Shown piece after piece: positions 48,836-57,804 of a stretch of 64,000 nt of DNA. The DNA is from a virus, in the IMG/VR virus record IMGVR_UViG_3300031227_000023, positions 25,916 to 89,915 of that record, one strand, 5' to 3'. Positions within the stretch are counted from its first letter, which is position 1, and every line of letters starts with the position of its first letter. A model generated the notes under the pieces. It was given only the letters and a program-made list of their open reading frames with translations, was not told the origin of the DNA and did not search any database. The position numbers and the translations under genes were made by a program.

Positions 48836-49403
48836 CGATTCGTTCGGGCACCTTGCCCGTGGTCAACTCCTCCAACAACTCTTCATCCGTGTACGCTTCA
48901 AAGCCCTCCATCTGAATTGCTTCACGGTGATCAGGGCCACCCATTGCAAACGATTCAGCCCGGATCAATGTGCAAATCTGCCGCACGTACCGTTCACCCA
49001 CACGATCCAAAGCCTTGTAATCATCATCACCAATGGCCTTCAGCCGCACACGGATCTTGCGCTTCATGGTGCCGATCAAGCCCAAGGAATCATTCATTGC
49101 TGCGCTGTACTTCACCACAATTTCCGCAGCCGCTTCACGGGCAAGTTCCTGTTCCCGCGCAATATCCGCTTCTTCCTTCAAGACCCGTAGGGCAGGCCAC
49201 CCCTTCACCTTATTCCCCTTGTTGATCAGCCTGCTGATTGTGGCACTATTCCGCCCAACCTCAACAGCAACCTTCTCAGCCTGCATCCCTCCCACATAAA
49301 GCACCTTTATTTGTTCCCATTCTTCCTGCTGCACCCTGCGGTTGGTAATCTTTTTGACGGGCTTTTTGGTGGGCTTCTTGGCCTGCTTCTTCTTCTTTGC
49401 CAT
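48828..49403 (-). CDS. terS: Terminase small subunit (HTH), putative
   Basis: N-terminal HTH (AEKVAVEVGRNSATISRLI); overlaps the terL start; YTDEELLE tail. Confidence 0.65.
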   Translation of the reverse strand: MAKKKKQAKKPTKKPVKKITNRRVQQEEWEQIKVLYVGGMQAEKVAVEVGRNSATISRLINKGNKVKGWPALRVLKEEADIAREQELAREAAAEIVVKYSAAMNDSLGLIGTMKRKIRVRLKAIGDDDYKALDRVGERYVRQICTLIRAESFAMGGPDHREAIQMEGFEAYTDEELLEELTTGKVPERIGV

Positions 49404-49705
49404 TGTTCAGCTATACCCTTGTGGTTTCAATAAGTTGCACGCAGCCTGTACTTGCTGTTGCCCGCGTCGTTTCCCTGTGCGCTGCCCCGTGTTGTGGCAC
49501 GTATCGTGTACACCGGATCAGTTGCACAGTGCAAGTGTACCGGTTCTGCAAGGGATCGGCAAACTTTCACTCAGGGGTTGGTTGTGCAACTTGTTCTGCA
49601 ACCGGTTGCTATTCGCCAAAGACAATAAAACGCATGGCATGGAACGGAGCGATAACCACCCAAACAGCAACAGCAGCCCGTGGCCACGTCATTGGGTCTT
49701 TCATG

Positions 49706-50218
49706 TCAATCACCGGCATTGTTCACCCCTTTCAACACCTCGCATTCCACAGTTTCAATTACGTTGTACCTGAACCCCTGTGAACCCTTCCATGGTATTG
49801 CCCTTGCAAACACCTGCACATTATCCAACACCCACCCCCACCCGCCGTTGTGCCAATTCGTGATTCCATCCGCAAGATGGGGGAACTTGTTCACTGCCCG
49901 CATCTTGTCATGATCACAATGAGTAAACACAAGATCAGCACACCCCACAATTGCCCCGAACGAAGCAGCAGGGGCATCAGGGTCAAAGGAGTACAACTCC
50001 CCTTCCCCATCTTCAACATACAAATCATGTGGATACCCCACAAGATCAATCATGCCCTGTTTCGTCTTGGTTGCATGCAGCAACACTTTGCCACGGTACG
50101 GGGTTGCATACCCCCGATTTTCAACCCGCTTACCACAGCAACAAATGGCATACGCCCAAGGCTGCCATATTGACAGAACAGGTGCCGTCACACTGATTGC
50201 TTCCCTCATTATCCACAA
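49706..50218 (-). CDS. ASCH domain protein
   Basis: LSIWQPWA..GKRVENR..YRGKVLLHA..GAIVG..IPWKGSQG. Confidence 0.88.
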   Translation of the reverse strand: MWIMREAISVTAPVLSIWQPWAYAICCCGKRVENRGYATPYRGKVLLHATKTKQGMIDLVGYPHDLYVEDGEGELYSFDPDAPAASFGAIVGCADLVFTHCDHDKMRAVNKFPHLADGITNWHNGGWGWVLDNVQVFARAIPWKGSQGFRYNVIETVECEVLKGVNNAGD

Positions 50219-50223
50219 CCTTT

Positions 50224-50634
50224 CTACCGCACAGCCGAGTCTTCCAATATCAATGGGAAGATCAATACATTCCCCCCTTCCCCCAATACAACCTTCACCA
50301 CAGTCTTTGCTGCATCCTCCTTCATGAATTCTTCCCCAAAGCTACCCCCAAGGCCAACATGCACTTTCATATTGTCCAACAGCACAGATGGAACTTGGCT
50401 TACCTTATCCCCCAGTGCTTTGCGCACCCGATCCTTCAGCATCACAACAAGATCATCCAACATCTTCTGCCGGGCATCACCCTGTTCCCTCATCACAGCA
50501 CGCAAGTCACCACCCCCGGCAACACTAATAACCGTGTTCGCCAACGCCAGTTCCAACACATTCAGTGCCCCGCCCTCGGATGTATCTTCTTTCTCCCTTC
50601 CCCAGAATTCCTTCACTTCACCGGTCATTTCCAT
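50224..50634 (-). CDS. Hypothetical protein
   Basis: Likely start MEMTG after an AAGGA RBS. Confidence 0.55.
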   Translation of the reverse strand: MEMTGEVKEFWGREKEDTSEGGALNVLELALANTVISVAGGGDLRAVMREQGDARQKMLDDLVVMLKDRVRKALGDKVSQVPSVLLDNMKVHVGLGGSFGEEFMKEDAAKTVVKVVLGEGGNVLIFPLILEDSAVR

Positions 50635-50843
50635 TGGCCTATCCTTTCCTTGATTGGCACCGTCTTCTTCCCACACGAAGGATCAAGCAACACCGTACAC
50701 CACTGCTTGATTGCATCAGCAACCGTGTCAGCCCGATCACCCTGGAATCCGCACAGATTCAAGCACACAACACCTGCACCATCTTCACCACTCTTCACAC
50801 CCAACCCACCACCACAGCCGGGGCATTCACCTAACTGTTCCAT
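50625..50843 (-). CDS. Lar-like (restriction alleviation) zinc-finger protein
   Basis: LGECPGCGG...VVCLNLCGFQG....ADAIKQW pattern. Confidence 0.5.
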   Translation of the reverse strand: MEQLGECPGCGGGLGVKSGEDGAGVVCLNLCGFQGDRADTVADAIKQWCTVLLDPSCGKKTVPIKERIGQWK

Positions 50844-50952
50844 TCCGCGCCGCACTTCCAGGATCACCGGGAAAACCAAGGATTCACCAACGCCTTTCCC
50901 AAATGTAACCTTGACCACCATGCGGCTTGCATATTCTTCCCCAACACCCCCG

Positions 50953-51120
50953 CTTCCCCATGCCTTAATGAAAAAATTCCCATCTTGCTTGCTCCTTGTA
51001 ATTAGTATCCCTTTCGATGATAACGGGACAGCGTACTTCTGATCCGCATCGTTCTTCCACGGCGCACATCAACCCCACGCTCCCACCTTCGCGCCTTCCA
51101 TACCCTCGCCCGCTCCTTTT
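50953..51120. repeat. Direct repeat copy 1 flanking the Cas island (45 bp exact at 50953-50997, then diverged)
   Basis: cttccccatgccttaatgaaaaaattcccatcttgcttgctcctt is identical to 58560-58604. Confidence 0.9.
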
Positions 51121-51280
51121 GATCCAGCGCCTCCCACTCATGCGGCTTGATTTCGTACCTATCAATCATTGCGCGGAGGCGATCCTCTGCCGCCATCCGA
51201 AGACCAGGATCGGTATTGCCATCGTCGACAATCGCCACAGCCTTCCGCGCTCGCCTCAGCACTCTCTGTCGTCCCATCAT
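51002..51280 (-). CDS. Hypothetical protein, paralog of 58609..58893
   Basis: Shared C-terminus ERARVW...VDVR.G.TMRIRSTL.RYHRKGY. Confidence 0.6.
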   Translation of the reverse strand: MMGRQRVLRRARKAVAIVDDGNTDPGLRMAAEDRLRAMIDRYEIKPHEWEALDQKERARVWKARRWERGVDVRRGRTMRIRSTLSRYHRKGY

Positions 51281-51491
51281 GACGCCACCGATCGACCGTC
51301 CTCAGATAGCCATCGATCTCGACCCTTTGATCCTCTCTCAACTTCACGAACCGATTCAGCCCTCCATCGCCTCCAGCCCACCAGATGCAAGGGATGGGGC
51401 CATCCTCTTCATCCGGCTCAAAACTGAATTTGATAGGGATCTTTCTCCCTGCCGGGATACTCACGCTCAGAACCGTACCTTTGTATTTCAT
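51162..51491 (-). CDS. OB-fold/SSB-like small protein (possibly truncated)
   Basis: GTV..F...IPCIWW...KLREDQRVEIDGYLRT.DRW resembles the SSB OB-fold; GAGG RBS. Confidence 0.45.
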   Translation of the reverse strand: MKYKGTVLSVSIPAGRKIPIKFSFEPDEEDGPIPCIWWAGGDGGLNRFVKLREDQRVEIDGYLRTVDRWRHDGTTESAEASAEGCGDCRRWQYRSWSSDGGRGSPPRND

Positions 51492-51556
51492 TCCAACACC
51501 TCTTCCTTCGCAGCTTTAACGACGGTATCGCCAAGAGCCTTTTGCACAACCACAAA

Positions 51557-52234
51557 CTATTTCGTAAATCCAACAGCCCACGCTGGCGCATCCTGCCCAA
51601 CATCACAATGATTCACGCGCCCGGTATTGTTCCAATATGGAGCACGTGGCCGAACAAACCGTACTCCATCATTCATCGGCAAATAACGCATCGCCATCCC
51701 ATCGCGCACCATGCTCCAGTCCTCATCGCACCACTCCACATCGATCGACAGCACGCGTCCATAACCACGCGCCCTCTCCCTCCCGACATAACGAATGTTT
51801 TTTCTGAGAAGTTGATCCACACGCTTCCGATTTCCAAGGGCGTAACCAACAAGCGAATGACACAGCGTAACAGGAACAGGGACGTTCCATTCTCGCATCG
51901 TCCCAATTTCACCGTTGACCGTCCCACCTATAAGCTCAATGCGATCGCGCTGCATCTTGCGCCGCCGATAGAATACAGACTCAGCTACAACACCGATCGG
52001 AGCAAGCGCCGACGCACACCATCCCCAAGCTTCTGGTTCGTGACATTTCCAGCGTCCAAGCGGCAACGGTATCTCCACCGGCTCCTGATCGCGGTCAGGA
52101 GGTACGCTTGTGTCACAGTGCATCGGAGCAAGCGCCCACGCTAAAAGTCCGTCCAGATGTGTTGGATTATTCGGATCATAAATCACACCCGTCCCATCAA
52201 ACGAAAACGTAACTTTAATCGGCTTAATCGCCAT
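51557..52234 (-). CDS. csf3: Type IV CRISPR RAMP Csf3 (Cas5-like)
   Basis: HLDGLLAWA, IPLPL..W.WCAS, Gly-rich loop YVGRERARGYGRV, RPRAPYW; TGATG-coupled to the cysH-like gene. Confidence 0.8.
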   Translation of the reverse strand: MAIKPIKVTFSFDGTGVIYDPNNPTHLDGLLAWALAPMHCDTSVPPDRDQEPVEIPLPLGRWKCHEPEAWGWCASALAPIGVVAESVFYRRRKMQRDRIELIGGTVNGEIGTMREWNVPVPVTLCHSLVGYALGNRKRVDQLLRKNIRYVGRERARGYGRVLSIDVEWCDEDWSMVRDGMAMRYLPMNDGVRFVRPRAPYWNNTGRVNHCDVGQDAPAWAVGFTK

Positions 52235-52965
52235 CAGATAATTCCTTCCTGCTGAAGCCGAGCCCATACCAACGGGTAGAAACGACGAAGATATTCAAAC
52301 TCTCCCCACCGCTCTCGGTTGCTGTCCCACAACCAACTCACACGCCTCTCATGCCGTTCCGATTTCCCCCACTCCCGATCATATGCAGGATGCAACGGCA
52401 ACCCATGCTCATCAATGTACGCCAACGAATCTGATCCATCCCAACGGCGCATGGGCCACGCGACCGCACAACCCCATCGCTTGCTCTGATAGACCGGACC
52501 AATCTTTGTAATTACTATTCGACGCGTTCTGCTCTCCGAAGATCGCAACCCGACAAACTCCAACACCACACCGCACTCCTGAATCACTTTGCGCACCGGA
52601 CCAATGATCGCTAGGTTGTCCGTCCCAGCGGCTGTGCGATGCGCATTATATCTACCCTTATCTAGTTTGATGTTGAGAGCGTCGCCAGTGGCAACTGCTA
52701 ATTCCAAACCGAGCTGATCGCACACCGCGCGCACCACACCCTCGCTCTCTGGTAGCTCCAATCCGCTATCGTTCCAGATCACCAACGGATCACAATATTG
52801 CGCCACAATGTGCGCCATGCTCACAGAATCTTTTCCTCCACTTACTGCAACAGCGATCTGCCCTGGATAGCGCGCTACGCAGTCACGCACGATACGATGA
52901 GCGTCATCGATAACGGACTGGTAGTGCGCAACATGCGACAGACGGTATGCTCGATCTTCTATCAT
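52234..52965 (-). CDS. cysH: CysH/PAPS reductase-like protein (type IV-B associated)
   Basis: PP-loop VAVSGGKDS, DSGLELPE, VGLRSSESRTR, PMRRW..YIDEHGLPLHPAYD. Confidence 0.85.
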   Translation of the reverse strand: MIEDRAYRLSHVAHYQSVIDDAHRIVRDCVARYPGQIAVAVSGGKDSVSMAHIVAQYCDPLVIWNDSGLELPESEGVVRAVCDQLGLELAVATGDALNIKLDKGRYNAHRTAAGTDNLAIIGPVRKVIQECGVVLEFVGLRSSESRTRRIVITKIGPVYQSKRWGCAVAWPMRRWDGSDSLAYIDEHGLPLHPAYDREWGKSERHERRVSWLWDSNRERWGEFEYLRRFYPLVWARLQQEGII

Positions 52966-53456
52966 TTCTCAGGCTTCCATGAGTTTGAATATTGATGATC
53001 GCGAAAGGCATGGGCAATCCCAAGTTGCTGCTTCAACCGCATAAATTCCTCCGGCTCCATCCCCAAGTTTTCACAAATCTCCTCATCTACAACACCGAGA
53101 TCTTCAAGCTGCACAACCAGCTCACTCATTCCCTCGACCTGGTGCATACCCTTGATCCGATTCATCAGCACGGTAAGCTGCACCGCGTCGTGATATGGGA
53201 TATCCATTACGACCGCAGACACCTCTTCCGCACCCATGCGCTTGAGCACTTCTAGCCTGTGATATCCATCCACAATCCGATACTTTTCCTTATCCGCATC
53301 CCACACCACGATCAGCGGAAAAAGAAACCCGTACTTCCCAATGCACTCCTGGAGCAAATTCATTTCCGTCGTCGGCATCCTGTTCGGGTTGTAGTCGTTT
53401 GCTATCACATCCACAAGCTTGATTACCCGCGATTCTCTTATAACAATTGATCCCAT
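52962..53456 (-). CDS. ibrB: IbrB-like ParB/Srx domain protein
   Basis: ANDYNPNRM..E..LL...I..YGF..P..YRIVDGYHR..NRIKG.H..LGMEPEE..RL. Confidence 0.85.
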   Translation of the reverse strand: MGSIVIRESRVIKLVDVIANDYNPNRMPTTEMNLLQECIGKYGFLFPLIVVWDADKEKYRIVDGYHRLEVLKRMGAEEVSAVVMDIPYHDAVQLTVLMNRIKGMHQVEGMSELVVQLEDLGVVDEEICENLGMEPEEFMRLKQQLGIAHAFRDHQYSNSWKPEK

Positions 53457-54517
53457 TTTTCCCTCGTTCGTTTCGCGCGTTCCGATCCCTTAGTATCGAA
53501 GTGCCGACTGTCCTCATAATCATTGATGAGCAGCTGGCCTACCTGTCCCTTATAAATTCTCTCATTCTTCTCTTGCCTAGAAAACCTATTGGAAAACCGT
53601 TCGCGATGTTCCTGCTCTTGAACGTTCTCCAACAAAAAATCCCGAAACTCCAACCAACTCGAATAATGCTTAGGCAGCGTCTTGTTATCGAACACCAATT
53701 TCTCTGCACCGTACCGCGCGGCTGTAGAAATTCCGCCAATTCTCCGACACAACTTTTCGTATGTATCCGGCTCGTACTTCGGTAATGGGACAAGGCATCG
53801 AAAAGACTTCTCGTGGACGAGATTGGAGACACGCATTCCACGATAAATCGACTCCCCATTCATGAACATCAGATCGTAGACCTTGTTATATTTTATGCTG
53901 TAATCATAAAGGAATTTCCAAACATCGTACACCGTCCAATCGTACAACGGATAGAATTTCTTGACATCTCCATCCATCGTTCCCCACAAAATCCCACGCC
54001 ATCCAGGATACTTCGTCACCGCCCGATAGCGGAGAACTCCTTCCTCTGCACGAATCCCAACTAGATATGCAGCATCAGTATTTAGCTGCTCATACCATTT
54101 GAAAAATGTATAGAACCGATCTCCGTACTCACCTTCGATACTGTGAATTGCCAGCGGATCTTTCTCACGCATCCACTTCTCACCAGGCCCCCACGCGTGA
54201 AGAAAGTAATCGGTATACGATGTGGCATTGGTCAAATACACAGGAACCTGATACCACGCCGGGATCACATTCGGATGTTGCATCATATCTTGCATCACAT
54301 CAATGGACGCCTGGTACTCTGCTTCCTGATCCTGGAAAAACGCCACGATTTTTCTTCCACGCTTAATCGCCTCTTGCAAACACAGATAGTAAAGCACGCA
54401 ACTATCCTTGCCGCTCGACACCGAAACATTAATTGTCTCGAATTCATCGAACAGCATCGAAATGCGCTCTCGCGCCGCATCAAGCGTGTTTTGCTCTTGA
54501 TAGACTTTCCCGGCCAT
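53438..54517 (-). CDS. ibrA: IbrA-like PAPS reductase / DUF3440 protein
   Basis: AARERI..F..VSSGKDS, DQEAEY, GIRAEE..R, YPLYDW..DVW, YNKVYDLM..G..MRVS, EPDTY. Confidence 0.85.
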   Translation of the reverse strand: MAGKVYQEQNTLDAARERISMLFDEFETINVSVSSGKDSCVLYYLCLQEAIKRGRKIVAFFQDQEAEYQASIDVMQDMMQHPNVIPAWYQVPVYLTNATSYTDYFLHAWGPGEKWMREKDPLAIHSIEGEYGDRFYTFFKWYEQLNTDAAYLVGIRAEEGVLRYRAVTKYPGWRGILWGTMDGDVKKFYPLYDWTVYDVWKFLYDYSIKYNKVYDLMFMNGESIYRGMRVSNLVHEKSFRCLVPLPKYEPDTYEKLCRRIGGISTAARYGAEKLVFDNKTLPKHYSSWLEFRDFLLENVQEQEHRERFSNRFSRQEKNERIYKGQVGQLLINDYEDSRHFDTKGSERAKRTREKWDQLL

Positions 54518-55265
54518 ACCGAATCACCTCGTTATAGATTTTCATCCGCCGCTCTGATTCCTCGATTACGAATCGATACACTCCCAGGTTCGGCGCACTA
54601 ACCACGCCATTACCAAGAAACGAATCGTAAGATATCTTGATCCCATATCGCCTGTTCGCCAGCGATAAAAGTGAGTTGATCAACAACTTCGGCGTCGCGT
54701 ACCTTGCAAACACATCATCCTTAGCTGCCTGATACCACGCATCATCATCAGCATTCATCTCATACAACTCAAACTTCGTTGTCAGACAATCAAGATCAGA
54801 TATGGTGTCTGCAAGAAGTAGTCGAATATTTGGACCAGAAAGTCTGCAATCATTTTGATCACGATAAAACCATTTCTTCCACTCCGTCTCAAACGCATAG
54901 CTATGCGGGACATTAAATTTACCAACATTGGATATGGAGTAGTGATACCACAACCGCCACGGCTCGCCGATAAATGGCTTAGTATCCAGACAGATTTTCG
55001 GAATGCTTTTTGTCATGGTCTGCAAATACTCGTTAACCATCTCGCACCGGTTGCTCGGAGTGATGATCCGATTGAGCCCAACGACAACGATGAACGGTGG
55101 CGTCAGAGCCGTGTACCGCGCCTTGTATGCGCGGAACTCCATGTACTCTGCTCCCTTGATGTCCGGTATCCCATACCCAAATCCATCACGGTACAGCACC
55201 AGCGTCCCCGCCGGAAGCTCTGGCAGATATGGACACGCCGTATCACGCAGGAACTGTACGCGCAT
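54480..55265 (-). CDS. Hypothetical protein within the Cas operon
   Basis: Likely start MRVQFL at 55265 after GGAGG; overlaps both neighbours. Confidence 0.65.
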   Translation of the reverse strand: MRVQFLRDTACPYLPELPAGTLVLYRDGFGYGIPDIKGAEYMEFRAYKARYTALTPPFIVVVGLNRIITPSNRCEMVNEYLQTMTKSIPKICLDTKPFIGEPWRLWYHYSISNVGKFNVPHSYAFETEWKKWFYRDQNDCRLSGPNIRLLLADTISDLDCLTTKFELYEMNADDDAWYQAAKDDVFARYATPKLLINSLLSLANRRYGIKISYDSFLGNGVVSAPNLGVYRFVIEESERRMKIYNEVIRYGRESLSRAKHA

Positions 55266-55893
55266 ACCGCCCTCCCAACTTGTTGACCAGATCAATTGCG
55301 ACAGCAAGCTTACGCGGATTAAGCTCTGCGCCGAGGAAGCATATACTCTCCCGATATGCAGCCACAGCCGTAAGCCCTCTGCCAGTACACATATCGCCAA
55401 CCACAAGTGGTCTCTCGTTTGCAATCACCGCACCCGGAGTATCCTCATCGTCCATCCCCGTGTAATTCTGCAACACAGGGGATGCGCCTCCGTACAACAA
55501 ATAGCATGAATGCTTACGATAGTATGTGATTTCCCACTGCTGCACGACCGGGAATAACGCTTCCAACCCAGCACGAAAATCAACACGATGCTGTTTTCCG
55601 ATCTCTAGATAACATGCGCGAGGCGCAATTGCACCAATCACTCTGAATAGATCCAGCATGAACGCATGGAACGAATTGACGTAATCACTACGGCCAGCAT
55701 TGGTAATGAACGCATTGACTTTCCCCTGACTCCATGGCGGGTCGCAATACAAAAGCTCGCATCCGAGCATGTGCGACGGCGCGCCATCTCGCAGATCATG
55801 CACAGCGACCGCCGACCGTCGTTCCTCATCCGTCCACAGTTCACCCTCCATAATCGGGTATCGCTCCCAACTGTCACCGTATCGCCATTTCAT
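55243..55893 (-). CDS. Compact N6A/N4C-type methyltransferase
   Basis: Catalytic LLYCDPPW, then SAM-binding VGDMCTGRGLT..FLGAELNP (beta-type motif order). Confidence 0.75.
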   Translation of the reverse strand: MKWRYGDSWERYPIMEGELWTDEERRSAVAVHDLRDGAPSHMLGCELLYCDPPWSQGKVNAFITNAGRSDYVNSFHAFMLDLFRVIGAIAPRACYLEIGKQHRVDFRAGLEALFPVVQQWEITYYRKHSCYLLYGGASPVLQNYTGMDDEDTPGAVIANERPLVVGDMCTGRGLTAVAAYRESICFLGAELNPRKLAVAIDLVNKLGGRYARTVPA

Positions 55894-56566
55894 CTATTAT
55901 CACACCCTTTCCAGGCAGCAAATACGACATCATGCGATACAGACCGCTTGACTGCTTGTCGCACGCCCACCGATGGAACTCCAACCACACCACTGGATCA
56001 CCACCAGCCAAATTATCGTACGCGCCACCCTGCACCGCAGCGCGTGGAACACCAGCAACGATAAAATCTTGCATCCGCTCAAACCACTCGGCCATACACT
56101 CGCGGTCAGAACAATCCACCACATCGGTTTCAAACGCCCATCGAACTGATCCATGAGCATTAACCGGAGCCACAAGCGCGCCGTGTTTCTTGTAGCTCGT
56201 AGTCACATACCCGCACCACTGACCTGTCGGAGGATCTGTAAACAGCATCTCCCGCGCCGCAGCATGATCAAGCAACACGAACCGCTCACCGTCACACCAC
56301 CACGATCCAAGCGCCTCTTTCCCGTGCTTGAGCGCAGTGTAAGCATCCACACCAATCCATGCGCTGTTCGGTGCCGGCAATCCACCCTGCGATGTAAACG
56401 ACGGACCAATGCTCTCAATACGCGGTACGCATTCCACCCGTTCACCTGTGATGCAGCAAATTTCCATCTTCCGTTTCTCCGGCAATTCGACCAGTCGGCC
56501 AAAGCGGTTTACGGCACCGCCCTGATTTCTCAGGGCTGCGGCAATGAGTTGAACAGCGTGCATCAT
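55874..56566 (-). CDS. csf1: Type IV CRISPR Csf1 (Cas8-like) subunit
   Basis: CCITG, SFT, PP...YVTTSYKKHG..APVN; directly downstream of csf2. Confidence 0.65.
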   Translation of the reverse strand: MMHAVQLIAAALRNQGGAVNRFGRLVELPEKRKMEICCITGERVECVPRIESIGPSFTSQGGLPAPNSAWIGVDAYTALKHGKEALGSWWCDGERFVLLDHAAAREMLFTDPPTGQWCGYVTTSYKKHGALVAPVNAHGSVRWAFETDVVDCSDRECMAEWFERMQDFIVAGVPRAAVQGGAYDNLAGGDPVVWLEFHRWACDKQSSGLYRMMSYLLPGKGVIIDEMAIR

Positions 56567-57795
56567 GATTCCTCAATCAGCGCACCGAACTCACGAAGGA
56601 ACTGTAGCACCTCATCCTTCCGATCGGCAAGGAAAGAATCATAAAGTTCTGAATCAGGCACATCGCGGAATTCGATTTCCACCTCTCCCATCCCACGCCG
56701 ATTCTCAGCACCGATCTTTCCACGCTCCTGCAAGAGAATCAGCCCACGCCCAAGCGCCGCCAATTCCACTGGCTGAATGTGCCTATCGTAATCTATGCCA
56801 CCATCCATAACCACGCCCGCCTTCATGCACTCGGCGTTCGCAATCATTCCACTATGATCCTCGTTCGGATCACGGACCTCCCTGTCATCTCTCCGGGTAA
56901 GAAACGTCCATGTCATCAGGTCAGAAACATCCAACACACCCGTACCCCACTGGATGCATCTCGGACGCAAATCAGCAATCTGTAGCCTACCTGGAATGAT
57001 CTTATTTCCAAGCGCAGTGCCCAGCAACGACAAGGCAGGAAGCATGTCGCGCAGCATCCTAAATCCATCAGTACGCAATGCACCGTTATTACCCAACAGC
57101 TTGCCAACCCGCTTCGAACTTTTTGCTCCACGCTCTTCAAGCGTACCTCCCGAATAGATCGACTGGAAAAACCACTGCTCAATTACAGGTCGATCACGCC
57201 GCGCCGACAAACCAAGTGATCGCAAAAAATGATCAGCAAGCAAGTCACGCATCTGGCCACGCAGCGCATTCGCCGCGTAGTATGGCAGTGCATCCACACG
57301 GCCATCCGTCGTAAGCGCATCCATCCGCCGAAATAGAGTAGAGTTTCCAGCCTTGCGATCATCCCCATGCACCAGCGGAGACAGGCACGTAACAGTCACT
57401 CCGACGTCATAAGAAGCACGCGGCATGACAATGCATCCGCTCACCTTCTCTTCGTCTAGCGGGATCGATTCAGCACACTCCGCACGTTGCTTATCATCCT
57501 GGATACCAGCGATCATCGCAGCAAGCCGTGGATGCAATCGCAGCCAACGGAGCACCATAGGCGCATCATCATTCCCGATGACTCGCAAAAAATTGTTCGT
57601 CGTATCCTCTGCAATATCACCAGAACCGGCATCCATCACAGAACAAAGCTGTTCAATACACAGCGCCATAGTAGGCTCTGTTGCCGCCTTGCGAATACGA
57701 TCAGAAAGCACATCTATTTTATTGCGCTTAGCCTTTAGGTTCGATGCCAACAAAATAGCTCTGATCATCTCGATCGTTCGAAGCAAAATGTACAT
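56563..57795 (-). CDS. csf2: Csf2 (Cas7) with fused N-terminal helical Cas11-like domain
   Basis: CLSPLVHG..GN..LFRR, PYYAANALRGQMRD, YSGGTL, PALSLLG..PGRL, FLTRRDD, IGAENRRGMG; ~120-aa helical N-terminal extension. Confidence 0.82.
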   Translation of the reverse strand: MYILLRTIEMIRAILLASNLKAKRNKIDVLSDRIRKAATEPTMALCIEQLCSVMDAGSGDIAEDTTNNFLRVIGNDDAPMVLRWLRLHPRLAAMIAGIQDDKQRAECAESIPLDEEKVSGCIVMPRASYDVGVTVTCLSPLVHGDDRKAGNSTLFRRMDALTTDGRVDALPYYAANALRGQMRDLLADHFLRSLGLSARRDRPVIEQWFFQSIYSGGTLEERGAKSSKRVGKLLGNNGALRTDGFRMLRDMLPALSLLGTALGNKIIPGRLQIADLRPRCIQWGTGVLDVSDLMTWTFLTRRDDREVRDPNEDHSGMIANAECMKAGVVMDGGIDYDRHIQPVELAALGRGLILLQERGKIGAENRRGMGEVEIEFRDVPDSELYDSFLADRKDEVLQFLREFGALIEES

Positions 57796-57804
57796 TTCAA
57801 CACC

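Noticed and set aside
50953-50997. 45-bp repeat as an attL/attR site
   Set aside because: No integrase nearby, and similarity extends into paralogous coding sequence, which fits homologous recombination better
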